Assembly: GCA_963728515.1 (NCBI GenBank)
Contig: CAVSKM010000005.1
Location: 39,232 to 103,231 of the forward strand
Reading direction: 5' to 3'
DNA: 64,000 bases
Source: an uncultured Alphaproteobacteria bacterium
Lineage (GTDB): Bacteria > Pseudomonadota > Alphaproteobacteria > Sphingomonadales > Sphingomonadaceae
Shown here: piece after piece, positions 31,201 through 42,120 of the stretch
Layout: each line of letters opens with the position of its first letter
Numbering within the stretch: position 1 is the first letter of the stretch
Notes under the pieces: generated by a model
Seen by the model: the letters and a program-made list of their open reading frames with translations, nothing else
The model's database searches: none
What the model was told of the DNA's origin: nothing
Made by a program: the position numbers and the translations under genes

Positions 31201-32887
31201 CATCGGCAAGGTGCGCCATTCGACCCCGGGCGTCGGCCTCATCTCGCCGCCGCCGCATCACGACATCTATTCGATCGAGGATCTCGCGCAGCTGATCCAC
31301 GATCTCAAGAACGTCCAGCCTGCGGCGCGGATCTCGGTGAAGCTCGTGTCCGAAGTCGGCGTGGGAACGGTCGCTGCCGGGGTGAGCAAGTGCAAGGCGG
31401 ACCACGTGACGATCTCGGGATACGAGGGCGGCACCGGCGCCAGTCCGCTGACGAGCCTGACCCATGCCGGTTCTCCCTGGGAGATCGGGCTCGCGGAAAC
31501 GCAGCAGACGCTGCTGCTCAACGAACTGCGCAGCCGTATCGCGGTGCAGGTCGATGGCGGCCTGCGGACCGGCCGCGATGTCGCCATCGGCGCCTTGCTC
31601 GGGGCCGATGAATTCGGTTTTGCCACCGCCCCGCTGATCGCCGCCGGCTGCATCATGATGCGCAAATGCCATCTCAACACCTGCCCGGTCGGCGTTGCGA
31701 CACAGGATCCGGTGCTCCGGAAGCGTTTCACCGGCACGCCCGAGCATGTGATCAACTACTTCTTCTTCGTGGCGGAGGAACTGCGCGCGATCATGGCGCA
31801 AATGGGCTTCCGCACGGTGGACGAGATGATCGGCCGTGTCGACCGGCTCGACATGCGGCGGGTGGAACGCCACTGGAAGGCGCATGGGGTGGACCTGGCG
31901 CGCATCCTGCATCGGGTCCCCGCCGCCGAGGGCAAGGCCCTCCACCAGACCGAGACGCAGGATCACGGCCTGGCCGCAGCGATGGACGTCGAACTGATCG
32001 CGGCGTGCAGGCCTGCCATCGAGAGCGGACAGGCGGTGCAGATCAGGCGCACCATCCGCAACGTCAACCGGACGGTGGGCGCCATGCTGTCTGGCCGTAT
32101 CGCCGAGGCGCATGGTCATGCCGGCCTCGCACCCGAGACGGTCCGGATCGATTTCACCGGCGTCGCGGGGCAGAGCTTCGGCGCCTGGCTCGCCCATGGC
32201 GTCGCGATCACCCTGACCGGCGATGCCAACGACTATGTCGGCAAGGGGCTGTCCGGAGGGCGCATCGCCGTTCGCCAGCCCGAGGGCGCGCCGCGCAGGC
32301 CGGGAGACAACATCATCGTCGGCAACACCGTCCTCTATGGTGCGATTGCGGGCGAGGCCTATTTCGAAGGCGTCGCGGGCGAGCGTTTCGCGGTGCGCAA
32401 TTCGGGCGCAGTGGCGGTGGTCGAAGGAACCGGCGACCATGGCTGCGAATATATGACCGGCGGCACCGTCTGCGTGCTCGGTCCGACCGGGCGCAATTTC
32501 GCTGCGGGCATGAGCGGGGGCATCGCCTATGTCTACGACCCCGAGGGCCGCTTCGAGAGCCTCTGCAATCTCGCCCAGGTCGATGTGCTCGCAGTGGTCC
32601 CGGGCGACGGCGAAGGGGCGGAGAAGAGCTGGGGCAAGCCGCAGCAGCGGCCGGTTTCGGTCGACAATTCCGGGATGGGCGATCCGCTCTATCACGACGC
32701 CGAGCGGCTGAAGATCCTGGTCGAGCGCCACCTCCTGCACACCGGGTCCGAGCGGGCGCGGTCGCTGCTCGCGAACTGGACGCGCGAGCTCGGCCATTTC
32801 CGCAAGGTGATGCCGCGCGACTACGCCCGGGCCCTCCGCTCGCTCGAGGAAGAGCGCGAGCAAGCCGCCATGGAGGCGGCGGAGTGA
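28232..32887 (+). CDS. gltB: glutamate synthase large subunit
   Basis: ATG 28232 follows AAGGAGG. N-terminal propeptide then Cys-1 ([13 protein letters not shown]). The full Ntn-amidotransferase, FMN/3Fe-4S and GXGXG domains are recognisable. Confidence 0.97.
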   Translation: MGRMSPRDNPGLYDPRNEHDACGVGMVAHIRGAKSHAIVTQALEILANLDHRGAVGADPLLGDGAGILLQIPDPLIRRWADSEGHALPQPGDYAIAMCFLPQQAEARRFVEQQLERFVEKEGQRVIGWRDVPTTLDGLGKAVVASMPVIRQCVIARGPGCTDQAAFERKLVVIRKQTLNPLAALEQKHALPGLSSAYIPSFSSRTVVYKGLLLANQVGSFYDDLRDPDCVSALGLVHQRFSTNTFPSWRLAHPYRFMAHNGEINTVRGNVNWMEARRRTMESELLGADLDKMWPLIPHGQSDTACLDNALELLVTGGYSLAHAMMMLMPEAWAKNPLMDPARRAFYEYHAALMEPWDGPAAVCFTDGRQIGACLDRNGLRPARWCTTRDDLVVLASESGVLPFDDADITRKWRLQPGRMLLIDLEEGRIVEDEELKADLAAAQPYEAWLERAQYKLEDLDPIEADLSEIPRPTTSLLDRQQAFGYTQEDISRFLEPMARGGEDPIGSMGTDTPIAVLSNRSRLLYDYFKQNFAQVTNPPIDPIREELVMSLLSMIGPRPNLLGRDAGTHKRLEVSQPILTNTDLAKIRSVGVALDGAFRTATIDATWDAATGADGLAMALKEMCWAATEAVLLDANILILSDRNQGPGRIPMPALLATAAVHHQLVRQGLRMQTGLVIETGEAREVHHFCALAGYGAEGINPYLAFETLEDLRATRFPELDAAKVQAHYVKAVGKGILKVMSKMGISTYQSYCGAQIFDAVGLSSTFVDTYFTGTATTIEGIGLAEVAAEAVQRHAQAYGDSPLYEGMLDVGGIYQYRIRGEAHAWTPHSVATLQHAVRGNDPKNYEDFARSINEQSERLLTIRGLMELKQAETPVPLDEVEPAAEIVKRFSTGAMSFGSISHEAHSTLAIAMNRLGGRSNTGEGGEEPERFVDLDNGDSMRSRIKQVASGRFGVTTEYLVNSDDIQIKMAQGAKPGEGGQLPGHKVDKRIGKVRHSTPGVGLISPPPHHDIYSIEDLAQLIHDLKNVQPAARISVKLVSEVGVGTVAAGVSKCKADHVTISGYEGGTGASPLTSLTHAGSPWEIGLAETQQTLLLNELRSRIAVQVDGGLRTGRDVAIGALLGADEFGFATAPLIAAGCIMMRKCHLNTCPVGVATQDPVLRKRFTGTPEHVINYFFFVAEELRAIMAQMGFRTVDEMIGRVDRLDMRRVERHWKAHGVDLARILHRVPAAEGKALHQTETQDHGLAAAMDVELIAACRPAIESGQAVQIRRTIRNVNRTVGAMLSGRIAEAHGHAGLAPETVRIDFTGVAGQSFGAWLAHGVAITLTGDANDYVGKGLSGGRIAVRQPEGAPRRPGDNIIVGNTVLYGAIAGEAYFEGVAGERFAVRNSGAVAVVEGTGDHGCEYMTGGTVCVLGPTGRNFAAGMSGGIAYVYDPEGRFESLCNLAQVDVLAVVPGDGEGAEKSWGKPQQRPVSVDNSGMGDPLYHDAERLKILVERHLLHTGSERARSLLANWTRELGHFRKVMPRDYARALRSLEEEREQAAMEAAE

Positions 32888-32930
32888 GCACCCTCCGCAC
32901 ATCCCATTCGACGATTTGGAACTGATTGCC

Positions 32931-34367
32931 ATGGGCAAGGAAACCGGATTTCTGGAATTCGAGCGCGAGGATCGCACCTCGCTCGATCCGGCCGAGCGGC
33001 TGAAGAATTACAAGGAATTCGCCGTTCCACAGGGCGAGGCCACGCTGCGCAAGCAGGCGGCGCGGTGCATGAATTGCGGCATCCCCTATTGTCACACCGG
33101 CTGCCCGGTGAACAACATCATCCCGGACTGGAACCACCTCGTCTATGAGGACGATTGGAAACACGCGCTCGACGTGCTCCATTCGACCAACAATTTCCCC
33201 GAATTCACCGGGCGCGTCTGCCCGGCGCCTTGCGAAGCGGCCTGCACGCTGAATATCGTCGATGCGCCCGTCACGATCAAAAGCATCGAATGCGCGATCA
33301 TCGACAAGGGCTTCCGCGAGGGATGGGTCAAGCCCCAGCTGCCCGAGAAGCGCAGCGGCAAGTCGGTTGCGGTCATCGGCAGCGGCCCGGCCGGTCTCGC
33401 CTGTGCCCAGCAATTGGCGCGCGCCGGTCACGCCGTGACCGTGTTCGAGAAGAACGACCGGCTCGGCGGGCTGCTTCGCTACGGCATCCCGGACTTCAAG
33501 ATGGAAAAGCACCTGATCAACCGCCGCGCGGTGCAGATGGAATCCGAAGGGGTCCAGTTCCGCACCAGCAGCGAAGTCGGCGTGGAGGTCAGCTTCCAGG
33601 CGCTGCAGGAGAATTTCGACGCCGTCGTGCTGGCGGGCGGCGCCGAGGAAGCGCGGATGCTCGACATTCCCGGGGCGGAGCTGCCGGGCGTGCGCTTCGC
33701 GATGGAGTTCCTCACGCAGCAGAACAAGCGCAATGCGGGCGACGATGAACTCCGCGCAGCGCCGCGCGGGTCGCTGACCGCCACGGGCAAACATGTGATC
33801 GTGATCGGTGGCGGAGACACGGGTTCGGATTGCGTCGGCACCTCGAACCGCCAGGGCGCGGCCAGCGTGACGCAGCTCGAGATCATGCCCAAGCCGCCCG
33901 AGAGGGAGGACAAGGCGCTGACCTGGCCCGACTGGCCGCTCAAGCTGCGCACCTCCTCGAGTCACGAGGAGGGGGTGGACCGGGACTGGGCGGTGCTCAC
34001 CAAGCGTGTGGTCGAGGAGAACGGCAATGTCGCGGGCCTCGAATGCGTCCGGGTGGAGTGGCAGGACGGCCGGATGGTCGAACTGCCCGACAGCGCCTTC
34101 ACGCTCGAGGCGGATCTGATCCTGCTGGCGATGGGCTTTACCGGCCCCAAGCGGCGCGGCTTGCTCGACCGTGCCGGGGTGGATCTCGATCCGCGCGGCA
34201 ATGTCGTGGCCGACACCGAATGGTATCTCACCAGCGAACCCAACGTCTTTTCCTGCGGCGACATGCGGCGCGGACAGAGCCTCGTGGTCTGGGCGATCCG
34301 CGAAGGCCGCCAATGCGCCCGCGCGGTCGACCGGGCGCTGACGGGATCGACCGAGCTGCCGCGCTAG
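32931..34367 (+). CDS. gltD: glutamate synthase small subunit
   Basis: [14 protein letters not shown] start, Cys clusters ([18 protein letters not shown]) and dinucleotide folds ([17 protein letters not shown]). Confidence 0.96.
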   Translation: MGKETGFLEFEREDRTSLDPAERLKNYKEFAVPQGEATLRKQAARCMNCGIPYCHTGCPVNNIIPDWNHLVYEDDWKHALDVLHSTNNFPEFTGRVCPAPCEAACTLNIVDAPVTIKSIECAIIDKGFREGWVKPQLPEKRSGKSVAVIGSGPAGLACAQQLARAGHAVTVFEKNDRLGGLLRYGIPDFKMEKHLINRRAVQMESEGVQFRTSSEVGVEVSFQALQENFDAVVLAGGAEEARMLDIPGAELPGVRFAMEFLTQQNKRNAGDDELRAAPRGSLTATGKHVIVIGGGDTGSDCVGTSNRQGAASVTQLEIMPKPPEREDKALTWPDWPLKLRTSSSHEEGVDRDWAVLTKRVVEENGNVAGLECVRVEWQDGRMVELPDSAFTLEADLILLAMGFTGPKRRGLLDRAGVDLDPRGNVVADTEWYLTSEPNVFSCGDMRRGQSLVVWAIREGRQCARAVDRALTGSTELPR

Positions 34368-35926
34368 GGGCCGGCCAGCCCCATTTTTCCGAAACCGTCG
34401 CGGGCGCGCCGCTTGAGTTCGTCCGACATGATCGGGAAGGAGGCGATGTAGTCGTCGACCGTCTTGCCCGGAAAGCGTGCGGTGAATTCGCGCTTCATCC
34501 GCTCCGCCTCTTCGGTTTCCCCGGCCTGAGCGAAGATCGACAGCGCGCCGCCGACCGCCTGGAGCGAGCGCTGGGGATAGGCCAGAACCTTGCGGATCGC
34601 TTCCGACGCCGCCGCGAGATCGCCGCGCGCCATATGTGCCCCGGCCACGACCAGCAGCATGTTCGGCTTCCACGGGTCCTGCGGGCTGAGCTTGAGCGCG
34701 GTCTCGAAATTCGCCAGCGCGCGCTCGGACTGCCCGCGGAGAGCCTGAATGCCCCCGATGCCGGAGTAAGCCAGCGCATAGGAGGGCGCGATCGCCCGGG
34801 CCAGCTCGAGATGCTCGAGGCCTTCTTCGAGCTGGTGGAGGATCAGGCGCGAACGTCCGGCGACGAGCTGGCCGAAGGGGTCCTGACTGTCGAGGGCGAT
34901 CGCCCGCTCTGCCGCTTCGCGCATCGCCATGGCGGTGGCTGCGGGGTCGTCCGCCTGGCGCTGATAAAGCGACCAGTAGTGAACCTGGGCGAGACCGGCA
35001 TGCGCCCGCGCGAAGCGGGGATCCTGGGCAGCCGCCTGTTCGAACAAGCGCCGGGCTGCAGCATAATCGGGAGTGGCCGTCGTAAAGATCTCGCCCAATC
35101 CTAGGTGAAAGGCCTGCCAGGGCGCGAAGTCTTCGGGATCCTGGCCGCGGAGGCCATCGAGCTCGCGCTTGCTCACTTCCTTCTCGATCCGGCCGGCGAC
35201 CTGCGTCACGATTTCCTGCCGCACTTCGTGAATGCCGCCGAGCGGGGTGGCCAGAGTCTCGCGCCAAACCACGACATCGTCTGCCGTGCAGGACAGCTCG
35301 AACGACAGGCGGATGGTGTCGGAATCGATTTCGACTGCACCGGCGAGACCGTAATCGACCCCCAGCGCCTCTCCGATTTCGCGCGAACTGCGGTCGAAGG
35401 ACCGATAGCGGAACGAAGAGCCGCGCGCGCAGACGCGCAGCCAGCGCAGCTTGGACAAGGCGGTGATGACTTCGTCGGGTATCGCTTGGGGCAGGGCGGG
35501 ATAGCGCTCGGAGCCACTCAGCGCGCGAAGCGGCAACACGGCGATCGACGGCCGGCCGTCCTCGCGCGGGGTGAGCGCCCGACCCTGGGGCATTCCTTGG
35601 GCTGCGGCATGCTGTCCTCCCTCGCGCCGGATCTCCGCCGCGATACGCAGGCCCTGACCGTGGACGGTCTCGATGATGCGGTGCGGGCGCATCGTATCGC
35701 CCAGGACCTTGCGCAGCAGTTTCACCTGCGAGGACAGCGCGCTTTCCGAAACGAAGCGCGCGTTCCACACCGAGGCGACGATTTCTTCCTTGGTGACCAT
35801 GCCCCCGCGCGCCTCGATGAGCCGCAACAGCAGCCGCAAGGCGCGCGGCTGGATGGCCTGCCGCGCTCCGTCCTTCAGCAGTTCGAACCGGTGGGGGTCG
35901 ACCGTGAATTCGCCCAGGCGATACAT
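34364..35926 (-). CDS. winged-helix (OmpR/CadC-type) transcriptional regulator with C-terminal TPR repeats
   Basis: The N-terminal 100 aa match a trans_reg_C-type wHTH ([14 protein letters not shown]...[20 protein letters not shown]...). No receiver domain. TPR-like helical repeats at the C-terminus. Confidence 0.8.
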   Translation of the reverse strand: MYRLGEFTVDPHRFELLKDGARQAIQPRALRLLLRLIEARGGMVTKEEIVASVWNARFVSESALSSQVKLLRKVLGDTMRPHRIIETVHGQGLRIAAEIRREGGQHAAAQGMPQGRALTPREDGRPSIAVLPLRALSGSERYPALPQAIPDEVITALSKLRWLRVCARGSSFRYRSFDRSSREIGEALGVDYGLAGAVEIDSDTIRLSFELSCTADDVVVWRETLATPLGGIHEVRQEIVTQVAGRIEKEVSKRELDGLRGQDPEDFAPWQAFHLGLGEIFTTATPDYAAARRLFEQAAAQDPRFARAHAGLAQVHYWSLYQRQADDPAATAMAMREAAERAIALDSQDPFGQLVAGRSRLILHQLEEGLEHLELARAIAPSYALAYSGIGGIQALRGQSERALANFETALKLSPQDPWKPNMLLVVAGAHMARGDLAAASEAIRKVLAYPQRSLQAVGGALSIFAQAGETEEAERMKREFTARFPGKTVDDYIASFPIMSDELKRRARDGFGKMGLAGP

Positions 35927-35952
35927 GACCTCTGTCTAGCACAAAAACCGCG

Positions 35953-35986
35953 TGAACGGATCAACGCGACGCAAGAACTGAACGGA
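35953..35986. promoter_or_regulatory. direct repeat TGAACGGA x2 in the regulator/SDR divergent region
   Basis: Exact 8-mers at 35953-35960 and 35979-35986 (26 bp start to start). Confidence 0.25.
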
Positions 35987-36064
35987 ATTCGATTTCCGCC
36001 GGACATAAGACTTGCCTGCGCGCGATGCGTCGCCTTCATTGCGATCGTACAGGAGCCCGGCACG

Positions 36065-36844
36065 ATGACCTTCCGACCCTTCGATCTTACCGGCAAGGCC
36101 GCCGTCGTCACGGGCGGCAATTCGGGCATCGGCCTCGGCATGGCGCGGGGACTTGCCGCGGCCGGCGCCGATGTCGCCATCTGGGGCCGCAACCCCGACA
36201 AGAACGCACGCGCCCGCGATGATCTTGCGGAGCACGGCGGGAACGTCTTCGCGATCGAAGTCGATGTCGCGGAGGAAGGGGCGGTGGTCGCGGCCATGGC
36301 GGAAAGCCTCGCTCGGCTCGGGCGGATCGACACCTGCATAGCGAATGCCGGCGTCGGTGGCGGCGCCCCGCTGACCGAGCAGACCACCGAAGCGTGGCGC
36401 AGGGTCACTGCGATCAATCTCGACGCCGTGTTCTGGACCTTTCGCGAAGCGGCGAAGCACATGGTCGCGCGCAGCGATGCCGGCGATCCCGGTGGCTCGC
36501 TGATCGTCACGTCGAGCGTGTCGGCGATCCATGGGGCGCCCGCCAACCAAGCCTATGCCGCGAGCAAGGCCGGCGTCCTCGCGATGGTGCGCGGCACGGC
36601 GGTCGAACTTGCCCGTCATGGTGTTCGCGCCAATGCGGTTCTACCCGGCTGGATCGCCACGGAGATGACCGGGCGATTGCAGAACTGGGATGCCTTCAAT
36701 GCGAAGGCGATCGGCCGGGTGCCCCTGCGGCGCTGGGGCGAGGGCGAGGACTTCGCCGGCATCGCGGTCTATCTCGCCAGCGACGCCAGCCGCTTCCACA
36801 CGGGCGACTCGCTGGTCATCGACGGAGGCTATTCGATTTTCTGA
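36065..36844 (+). CDS. SDR family oxidoreductase
   Basis: Internal ATG 36065 in ORF 35105..36844. TGGNSGIG cofactor motif and YAASKAG catalytic motif. Confidence 0.9.
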   Translation: MTFRPFDLTGKAAVVTGGNSGIGLGMARGLAAAGADVAIWGRNPDKNARARDDLAEHGGNVFAIEVDVAEEGAVVAAMAESLARLGRIDTCIANAGVGGGAPLTEQTTEAWRRVTAINLDAVFWTFREAAKHMVARSDAGDPGGSLIVTSSVSAIHGAPANQAYAASKAGVLAMVRGTAVELARHGVRANAVLPGWIATEMTGRLQNWDAFNAKAIGRVPLRRWGEGEDFAGIAVYLASDASRFHTGDSLVIDGGYSIF

Positions 36845-38352
36845 CCGGCGGAAGAGACCGGCAGCGTGCGCAGCCGGTGGCTCCGGTTGGAATGCTGCAC
36901 CATCGCCACCACCCGGCCGGCCCTGTCGCGCTCGAACAGGACAGTATCGCGCTCCTCGCCCTTGTCGGCGACGACGAGGAAACGGTCGCCCCCCAGCGGT
37001 TTGAGCCGCCACATCGCCTCGGCAGGGGTTTGCGCCGCACCATCGAGCCAGGTGAGTCCGCCGGCCCAGCGGATCAGCGCGAAATCGGCGCTCCACGGCT
37101 GGCCGTCATAGATGCCGGCGAAGTCGGCGAGGTCCACACCCTCGACCGGATCGAACGGCTTCGCTTCGCCCCGCATCTTGAACAGCGTGGCGACGCCGCG
37201 GGCAATCTCCGCCGGGTCGTCCATGGCGTTCATCGCCACCGCGACCGCCGCCTCTTCCTTGGGCGCCATCATCAGCGCGCTGCGATAGCCGGGGCAGCTA
37301 CCGCCATGGCCGACCACCGTCGTTCCGCCCTCGTTGCGAACCGCGAAGCCGAGGCCCCAGCTCGTTTCCCAATCGGGCGTGATGTAGTGGACGCGCTCCA
37401 TCTCGCGCAGAGTGGAGGGGCGCAGGACCTCGGCCTCCTCGCTCCGCGCGAGGCGGAAGGTCCAGGAGGCGAAGCGGGCGAGGTCGGCGACGCTCGAGCT
37501 GAAGCCGGCAGCGGGTGCGATCCCGGCCGGGTCGAACAGACCCACCTCGGGCCGCGTGCCGTCGGGCCTCAGCGCGCCCCAGCCGACCGCCATCCGGCTG
37601 CCGTAGAGTTCGGTCGGAAGGGTCGGGCGCGTGTCGCTCAGGCCGAGCGGATCGAGGATCGCCGCCTGTACCTGCTCGGCATAGGGCCGCCCCGCCACCG
37701 CCGCGACCGTTTCGCCGACCAGGGTCAGCCCCAGGTTGGAATATTGGAAGGTGGTCGAGGCGGGATAGAGCGGCGCCTGCGTCCCGATCCGGTCGCGCAC
37801 TTCCTGCCGGGTCGGAAAGCGGAAATCGGGACCGGTCCAATAGGGATAATCCGATTCCCGAGGCAGACCGGCGGAGTGGGTGAGAGCGCCGCGGAGCGTG
37901 ATCGGCACGCTGTCGCGCGAGTCCTCGGCCAGCACGGCCCAGGGGAGATATTCGGTCAGCGGCGTATCGAGCGCGACCTTCCCCGCCTCCCATTGCTGCA
38001 TCAGGGCCACAGCGGTGAACAGCTTGGAGATCGAGCAGATCGAATAGATGGTGTCCGCTGTCGCGGGCCGCTGCCGGGCTCGGTCGGTGGTGCCGAAACC
38101 CTTCGCCCAGACGGTCCGGTCGCCCATGGCCACGGCCACCGACAGCGCGGGAATGTTGCGATAGAGGCGCCGCTGCTCCACCCACAGGTCGGCCGCTTGC
38201 AGTGCCTCGCCCAAAGCTTCCGCCTTGTCGGCTTCGCTGGTGTCCGTCGCAGCGACGGCATCGGGCTCGGGACCGCTGCGGTTCGCAGCCTGGCCAGTTC
38301 CCGCAAGCGCTAGCGCACCGATCACCATGCCCAGTCTGCCGAACCGCATCAT
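36829..38352 (-). CDS. serine hydrolase, beta-lactamase/transpeptidase-like (class C type)
   Basis: Signal peptide after ATG 38352. SxxK (SISK) and YSN (FQYSNLG) motifs. Confidence 0.85.
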   Translation of the reverse strand: MMRFGRLGMVIGALALAGTGQAANRSGPEPDAVAATDTSEADKAEALGEALQAADLWVEQRRLYRNIPALSVAVAMGDRTVWAKGFGTTDRARQRPATADTIYSICSISKLFTAVALMQQWEAGKVALDTPLTEYLPWAVLAEDSRDSVPITLRGALTHSAGLPRESDYPYWTGPDFRFPTRQEVRDRIGTQAPLYPASTTFQYSNLGLTLVGETVAAVAGRPYAEQVQAAILDPLGLSDTRPTLPTELYGSRMAVGWGALRPDGTRPEVGLFDPAGIAPAAGFSSSVADLARFASWTFRLARSEEAEVLRPSTLREMERVHYITPDWETSWGLGFAVRNEGGTTVVGHGGSCPGYRSALMMAPKEEAAVAVAMNAMDDPAEIARGVATLFKMRGEAKPFDPVEGVDLADFAGIYDGQPWSADFALIRWAGGLTWLDGAAQTPAEAMWRLKPLGGDRFLVVADKGEERDTVLFERDRAGRVVAMVQHSNRSHRLRTLPVSSAGQKIE

Positions 38353-38418
38353 GTTCCCCCTCCGATGTCCCTGCACCGTCGATGCCACAGGAGACCGGGG
38401 ACGGAAAGTGGGGACAGT

Positions 38419-39102
38419 CTAGTCTGCCCAGTCGATCGCTCCGCGGCCGTGGCGCTCGAGAAAGGCGTTGGTCCGGCTGAAGGGGCGGCTCCCGAAAAAG
38501 CCGCGATGGGCCGAAAGCGGACTGGGATGGGGGCTTTCGATCACGCAATGCGGTCCCTCGCGCAGGTCGCCGATCCCATTCGCCGCCGCCTGGGCATGGG
38601 CTCCCCAGAGGAGGAACACGCTCGGCGCAGTCCGCGCGGCGACCGCCGCGATGCAGGCGTGGGTGAAGGCGCTCCAGCCGCGCCCGGCGTGGCTTCCCGC
38701 CCGTCCGGCCTCGACCGTCAGCGTGGTGTTGAGCAGCAGCACCCCCTGCCGCGCCCAACCGCTCAGATCGCCGGGATTCTTCCGCGCCATTGCGAGATCG
38801 CTTGCGAGTTCCTTGTGGATGTTGACCAGGCTCGGGGGCACTCTGACGCCATGCGGAACTGCGAAGCACAGCCCGGTGGCCTGGCTGGGTCCGTGATAGG
38901 GATCCTGACCGAGGATCACCACCTTCACCGATTCGAGCGGAGTCAGCTCGAGTGCTTTCAGCCGGCAGTCGCGTGGCGGACAGAGCGTCTTGCCCGCGGC
39001 TTCCTCGGCTTCGAGGAAACCGCCCAACCGCCTCGCGTCCGGGGTCGCGAGCAAAGGCTCCAGCACCGGCCGCCAGCTTTCGGGGATCGCATCGAAGATC
39101 AT
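38419..39102 (-). CDS. ung: uracil-DNA glycosylase
   Basis: Family 1 UDG motifs GQDPYHG and HPSPLS. Confidence 0.93.
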   Translation of the reverse strand: MIFDAIPESWRPVLEPLLATPDARRLGGFLEAEEAAGKTLCPPRDCRLKALELTPLESVKVVILGQDPYHGPSQATGLCFAVPHGVRVPPSLVNIHKELASDLAMARKNPGDLSGWARQGVLLLNTTLTVEAGRAGSHAGRGWSAFTHACIAAVAARTAPSVFLLWGAHAQAAANGIGDLREGPHCVIESPHPSPLSAHRGFFGSRPFSRTNAFLERHGRGAIDWAD

Positions 39103-39180
39103 ACCCTCGCCTAGAGGGGCTCTGCGCCTGCCGCCAGTCCGCCCTTTTCACCAATCCCCGATGCGCCTAAGGCCGCCACC

Positions 39181-39798
39181 ATGGCAGTGCATTTCCACGA
39201 AGAAGACCTCCCCTACGGCGTGCTCGCCGACGGGCCGATCGCCGTCGATACCGAGACCATGGGGCTCGTCACCATCCGCGACCGCCTCTGCGTGGTCCAG
39301 CTCAGCGACGGGCGGGGGGACGAGCATCTCGTTCGCTTCGGGCCGGAGAGTCGCTACGATGCTCCCAATCTCAAGGCGGTGCTCGGCGATCCCGACCGGC
39401 TCAAGCTCTATCACTTCGCCCGCTTCGATCTGGCTGCGATCGAACATTATCTCGGCGTGATGGCCGCACCGGTGTTCTGCACCAAGATCGCAAGCAAGCT
39501 GACGCGTACCTACACCGATCGGCACGGGCTCAAGAATCTGATCGAGGAACTGCTCGGCGAATCGATTTCGAAGGCGCAGCAATCCTCCGATTGGGGCGGC
39601 CCCGAGCTGAGCGAGGCACAGCGCGACTATGCGGCTTCGGACGTCCGCTTCCTCCACCGCCTGCAGGAGGAACTCGCCCGGCGGCTCGAGCGCGAGGGGC
39701 GCACCGCATTGGCTCAGGCCTGTTTCGACTTTCTCCCCACCCGCGCCCGGCTCGACATCGCCGGCTGGGACGAGCACGACATCTTCAGTCACGCGTAA
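39181..39798 (+). CDS. 3'-5' exonuclease, short ribonuclease D-like (DEDD family)
   Basis: Exo I DTETMGL, Exo II HFARFDL, Exo III YAASDVRFL. Confidence 0.85.
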   Translation: MAVHFHEEDLPYGVLADGPIAVDTETMGLVTIRDRLCVVQLSDGRGDEHLVRFGPESRYDAPNLKAVLGDPDRLKLYHFARFDLAAIEHYLGVMAAPVFCTKIASKLTRTYTDRHGLKNLIEELLGESISKAQQSSDWGGPELSEAQRDYAASDVRFLHRLQEELARRLEREGRTALAQACFDFLPTRARLDIAGWDEHDIFSHA

Positions 39799-39822
39799 GG
39801 CGCGGCAGCACAGGCGAAGGCC

Positions 39823-40491
39823 ATGGCAATCCGGCACCGCAGGATCGAAACCGAGCTGGCGAAGGAACGGCGGGATCACCGCCGGCACTGGGCCGAGCCG
39901 GGTGGGTCGCACGACCGGCTGATCGGCTTTCTCGCCCGCGCCCTGCCGATGGGCGTCGGCGTGCTCGCCGCGCTGATGGTGGTGACGCCGCTGTCGCCGC
40001 GCGGCGAGGTGAGCTTCCTGCTCGATCGCAACAAGGTTTCGGTGATCGACGAGCGGCTGCGGGTCGACAATGCGCTCTATCGCGGCGCCGACACCAAGGG
40101 CCGGCCGTTCTCGCTGACCGCGCGCGAGGCGGTGCAGAAATCCTCCGCCGAGGGCGTGGTCCGGCTCGACGATCTGGTCGCCCGCCTGTTGCTCGCGGAA
40201 GGTCCCGCGCGGCTGATCGCCCCCGCGGGCCGCTACGACATCGACAAGGAGGTCGTCGCCGTGATCGGGCCGCTGCGGATGCAGGCGGCGGACGGCTATC
40301 GCATGATGGCGCGCGACGTCTCGGTCGACCTGGCCGCGAAGACGCTCGTCGGCGCCGGCGGCGTGGAGGGGGCGATCCCCGCGGGGACCTTCCGTGCGGA
40401 CCGCTTGACCGCCGACCTGTCGGCGCGCACCATCACCCTGTCGGGCAATGCGCGGCTGCGCATGGTGCCCGGAAAACTGAGGATGCCCTGA
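39823..40491 (+). CDS. lptC: LPS export system protein LptC-like
   Basis: N-terminal anchor followed by a beta-jellyroll-like region. Located immediately upstream of lptA and overlapping it (TGATG). Confidence 0.7.
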   Translation: MAIRHRRIETELAKERRDHRRHWAEPGGSHDRLIGFLARALPMGVGVLAALMVVTPLSPRGEVSFLLDRNKVSVIDERLRVDNALYRGADTKGRPFSLTAREAVQKSSAEGVVRLDDLVARLLLAEGPARLIAPAGRYDIDKEVVAVIGPLRMQAADGYRMMARDVSVDLAAKTLVGAGGVEGAIPAGTFRADRLTADLSARTITLSGNARLRMVPGKLRMP

Positions 40492-41048
40492 TGACGCTGC
40501 CCTTCGCCACCATGGCCCGCTGGGGATTTGCCAGCTTCGCCGCGACCGCCGTAGCCGTCGCCGGAATGCAACTGAGCGCGCAGGCGATCGCGAGCCACAA
40601 TTCGAACGCGCCGGTGTCCTTTGCTGCGGATCGGATCGAACTGCAGGACCGGCAGAATCGCGTCGTCCTGTCGGGGAACGTCCAGATCGACCAGGCGGGC
40701 CTCAACCTCACCGCCGCGCGCACCATCGTCAATTACTCGGATAGCGGCAGCCTCAAGATCCAGCGGATCATGGCGACCGGCGGCGTCACCGTGAGCCGCG
40801 GCGACGAGCGCGCGCGCGGCAACACGGCGGTCTATGACTTCAACCGCCGGATCATCACCATGGCGGGCGATGTCCGCCTCAATCGCGGCGGCGACACGCT
40901 CAACGGCGGGCGGCTGGTGATCGATCTCGTGAGCGGCATTTCGAGTGTCGACGGGCGCGCCGGCGGATCCTCCTCGGTCACGGGACAGACCGGCCGCTCG
41001 GGCGAGGGCGGGCGGGTGACCGGGACCTTCGCGGTTCCCCAAAACTGA
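40491..41048 (+). CDS. lptA: LptA/OstA family periplasmic protein
   Basis: Internal ATG 40491 in ORF 39591..41048. Signal peptide and OstA-like repeats (VLSGNVQIDQ..., ITMAGDVRLNRG...). Confidence 0.75.
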   Translation: MTLPFATMARWGFASFAATAVAVAGMQLSAQAIASHNSNAPVSFAADRIELQDRQNRVVLSGNVQIDQAGLNLTAARTIVNYSDSGSLKIQRIMATGGVTVSRGDERARGNTAVYDFNRRIITMAGDVRLNRGGDTLNGGRLVIDLVSGISSVDGRAGGSSSVTGQTGRSGEGGRVTGTFAVPQN

Positions 41049-41073
41049 GGCCCGCGAGGTAGCGATCGCGCCG

Positions 41074-42120
41074 CTAGCGCGAACGGGCTCCGGCGACGCG
41101 CGCGATATCGGTGAGCCCCTGGCCCAGCAACAGCTCGGCCGCCTGGCTGTTGGTCAGCAACTGGCGGTGCAGTTCCACCAGCCGAAGCGTCAGCCGGTCG
41201 AGCTTGTCGCCGTGCCGCCACAGCGCCAGCTGCGTGCCGATGTCGCGCTTTTCCTTGAAGAAGATGCCCAGCCGCGCTTCCTCGCCCCGATCGAGGTCGC
41301 CGAAACCGCGATTGCCGAGCGCTGCGGCGATCTGCGCCAGCTGCGCCGCGCGCCGTTCGAAGGCGAGCAGCACACCCACCGGATTGAGCCCGAGCTGACG
41401 CATCCGCGCGAGCTCGGATGCGATCTTGCCGCCCTGGCCCGCCATCACCGCATTGACCAGCGCAGCGAAACCTTCCTCTTCGCTCGTCGCGCCGATCGCT
41501 TCGAGATCTTCCGAGGTGGCCGGTTTTGGACTTTGCGCGCTCGCATCGAGATAGAGTGCGAGTTTCTCGACCTCGCTCTGCGCCAGACGGACATCGAGAC
41601 CGGCCGCGCGGGCGATACGCTCGGCGAGGTCCCCGCCCAACCGCACCCCGGCGGTATCGGCCAGCGCACGGACGCTGCGGGTGACCGAAGGCACGTCGGG
41701 CGGATAGAACATCGCCACCAGCGCATCCTTGCGCTTCTCCAGCAGCTTGGCGGTGCGCGACTTGTCGGTCGCCGAGGTGGCGAGGACAATCACCGGACAG
41801 GCCTCGCCCGCGCCGGCGTCGCGCGTCTCGATCAGCGTCTCGAGTGCGGCATGCGCCTCGTCCCCATTGGCGCGCACCCAGATGTGGCGGGTGTCGCCGA
41901 ACAGCGAGGTGGTGCGCGCCTCGTCGCCCAGCCGAGCGGGGTCGGCACGCAATTCGCCGCCGGCCATCTCCACCCGCTCGCCCGGATCGCGCAGCCAGCC
42001 GACGAGTTCGCGCGCAGCCGCGCTGGCCCCGGCCTCGTCCTGTCCGCAGAAGAAGAAGATTCCGCAGCTGTCGACCGCTGCGCGTCCCTTGGCCGCGAAA
42101 TCGCGGTTGGTGAGCTTCAC
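41074..42120 (-). CDS. holA: DNA polymerase III subunit delta
   Basis: 348 aa with a GTG start overlapping the lptE stop. Conserved leuS-lptE-holA synteny and HolA-like N-terminal block (FFFCGQDE...). Confidence 0.85.
   Translation of the reverse strand: MKLTNRDFAAKGRAAVDSCGIFFFCGQDEAGASAAARELVGWLRDPGERVEMAGGELRADPARLGDEARTTSLFGDTRHIWVRANGDEAHAALETLIETRDAGAGEACPVIVLATSATDKSRTAKLLEKRKDALVAMFYPPDVPSVTRSVRALADTAGVRLGGDLAERIARAAGLDVRLAQSEVEKLALYLDASAQSPKPATSEDLEAIGATSEEEGFAALVNAVMAGQGGKIASELARMRQLGLNPVGVLLAFERRAAQLAQIAAALGNRGFGDLDRGEEARLGIFFKEKRDIGTQLALWRHGDKLDRLTLRLVELHRQLLTNSQAAELLLGQGLTDIARVAGARSR

Noticed and set aside
28076-32977. 1633-aa ORF antisense to gltB, the longest ORF in the window.
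   Set aside because: The translation is Arg/Ala/Gly/Pro/His-rich with no recognisable motif. The sense strand encodes an unmistakable full-length GltB. Long stop-free antisense frames are expected in GC-rich genes with GC3 bias. I recall that database proteins derived from this antisense frame have been mis-annotated, but I cannot verify that here.
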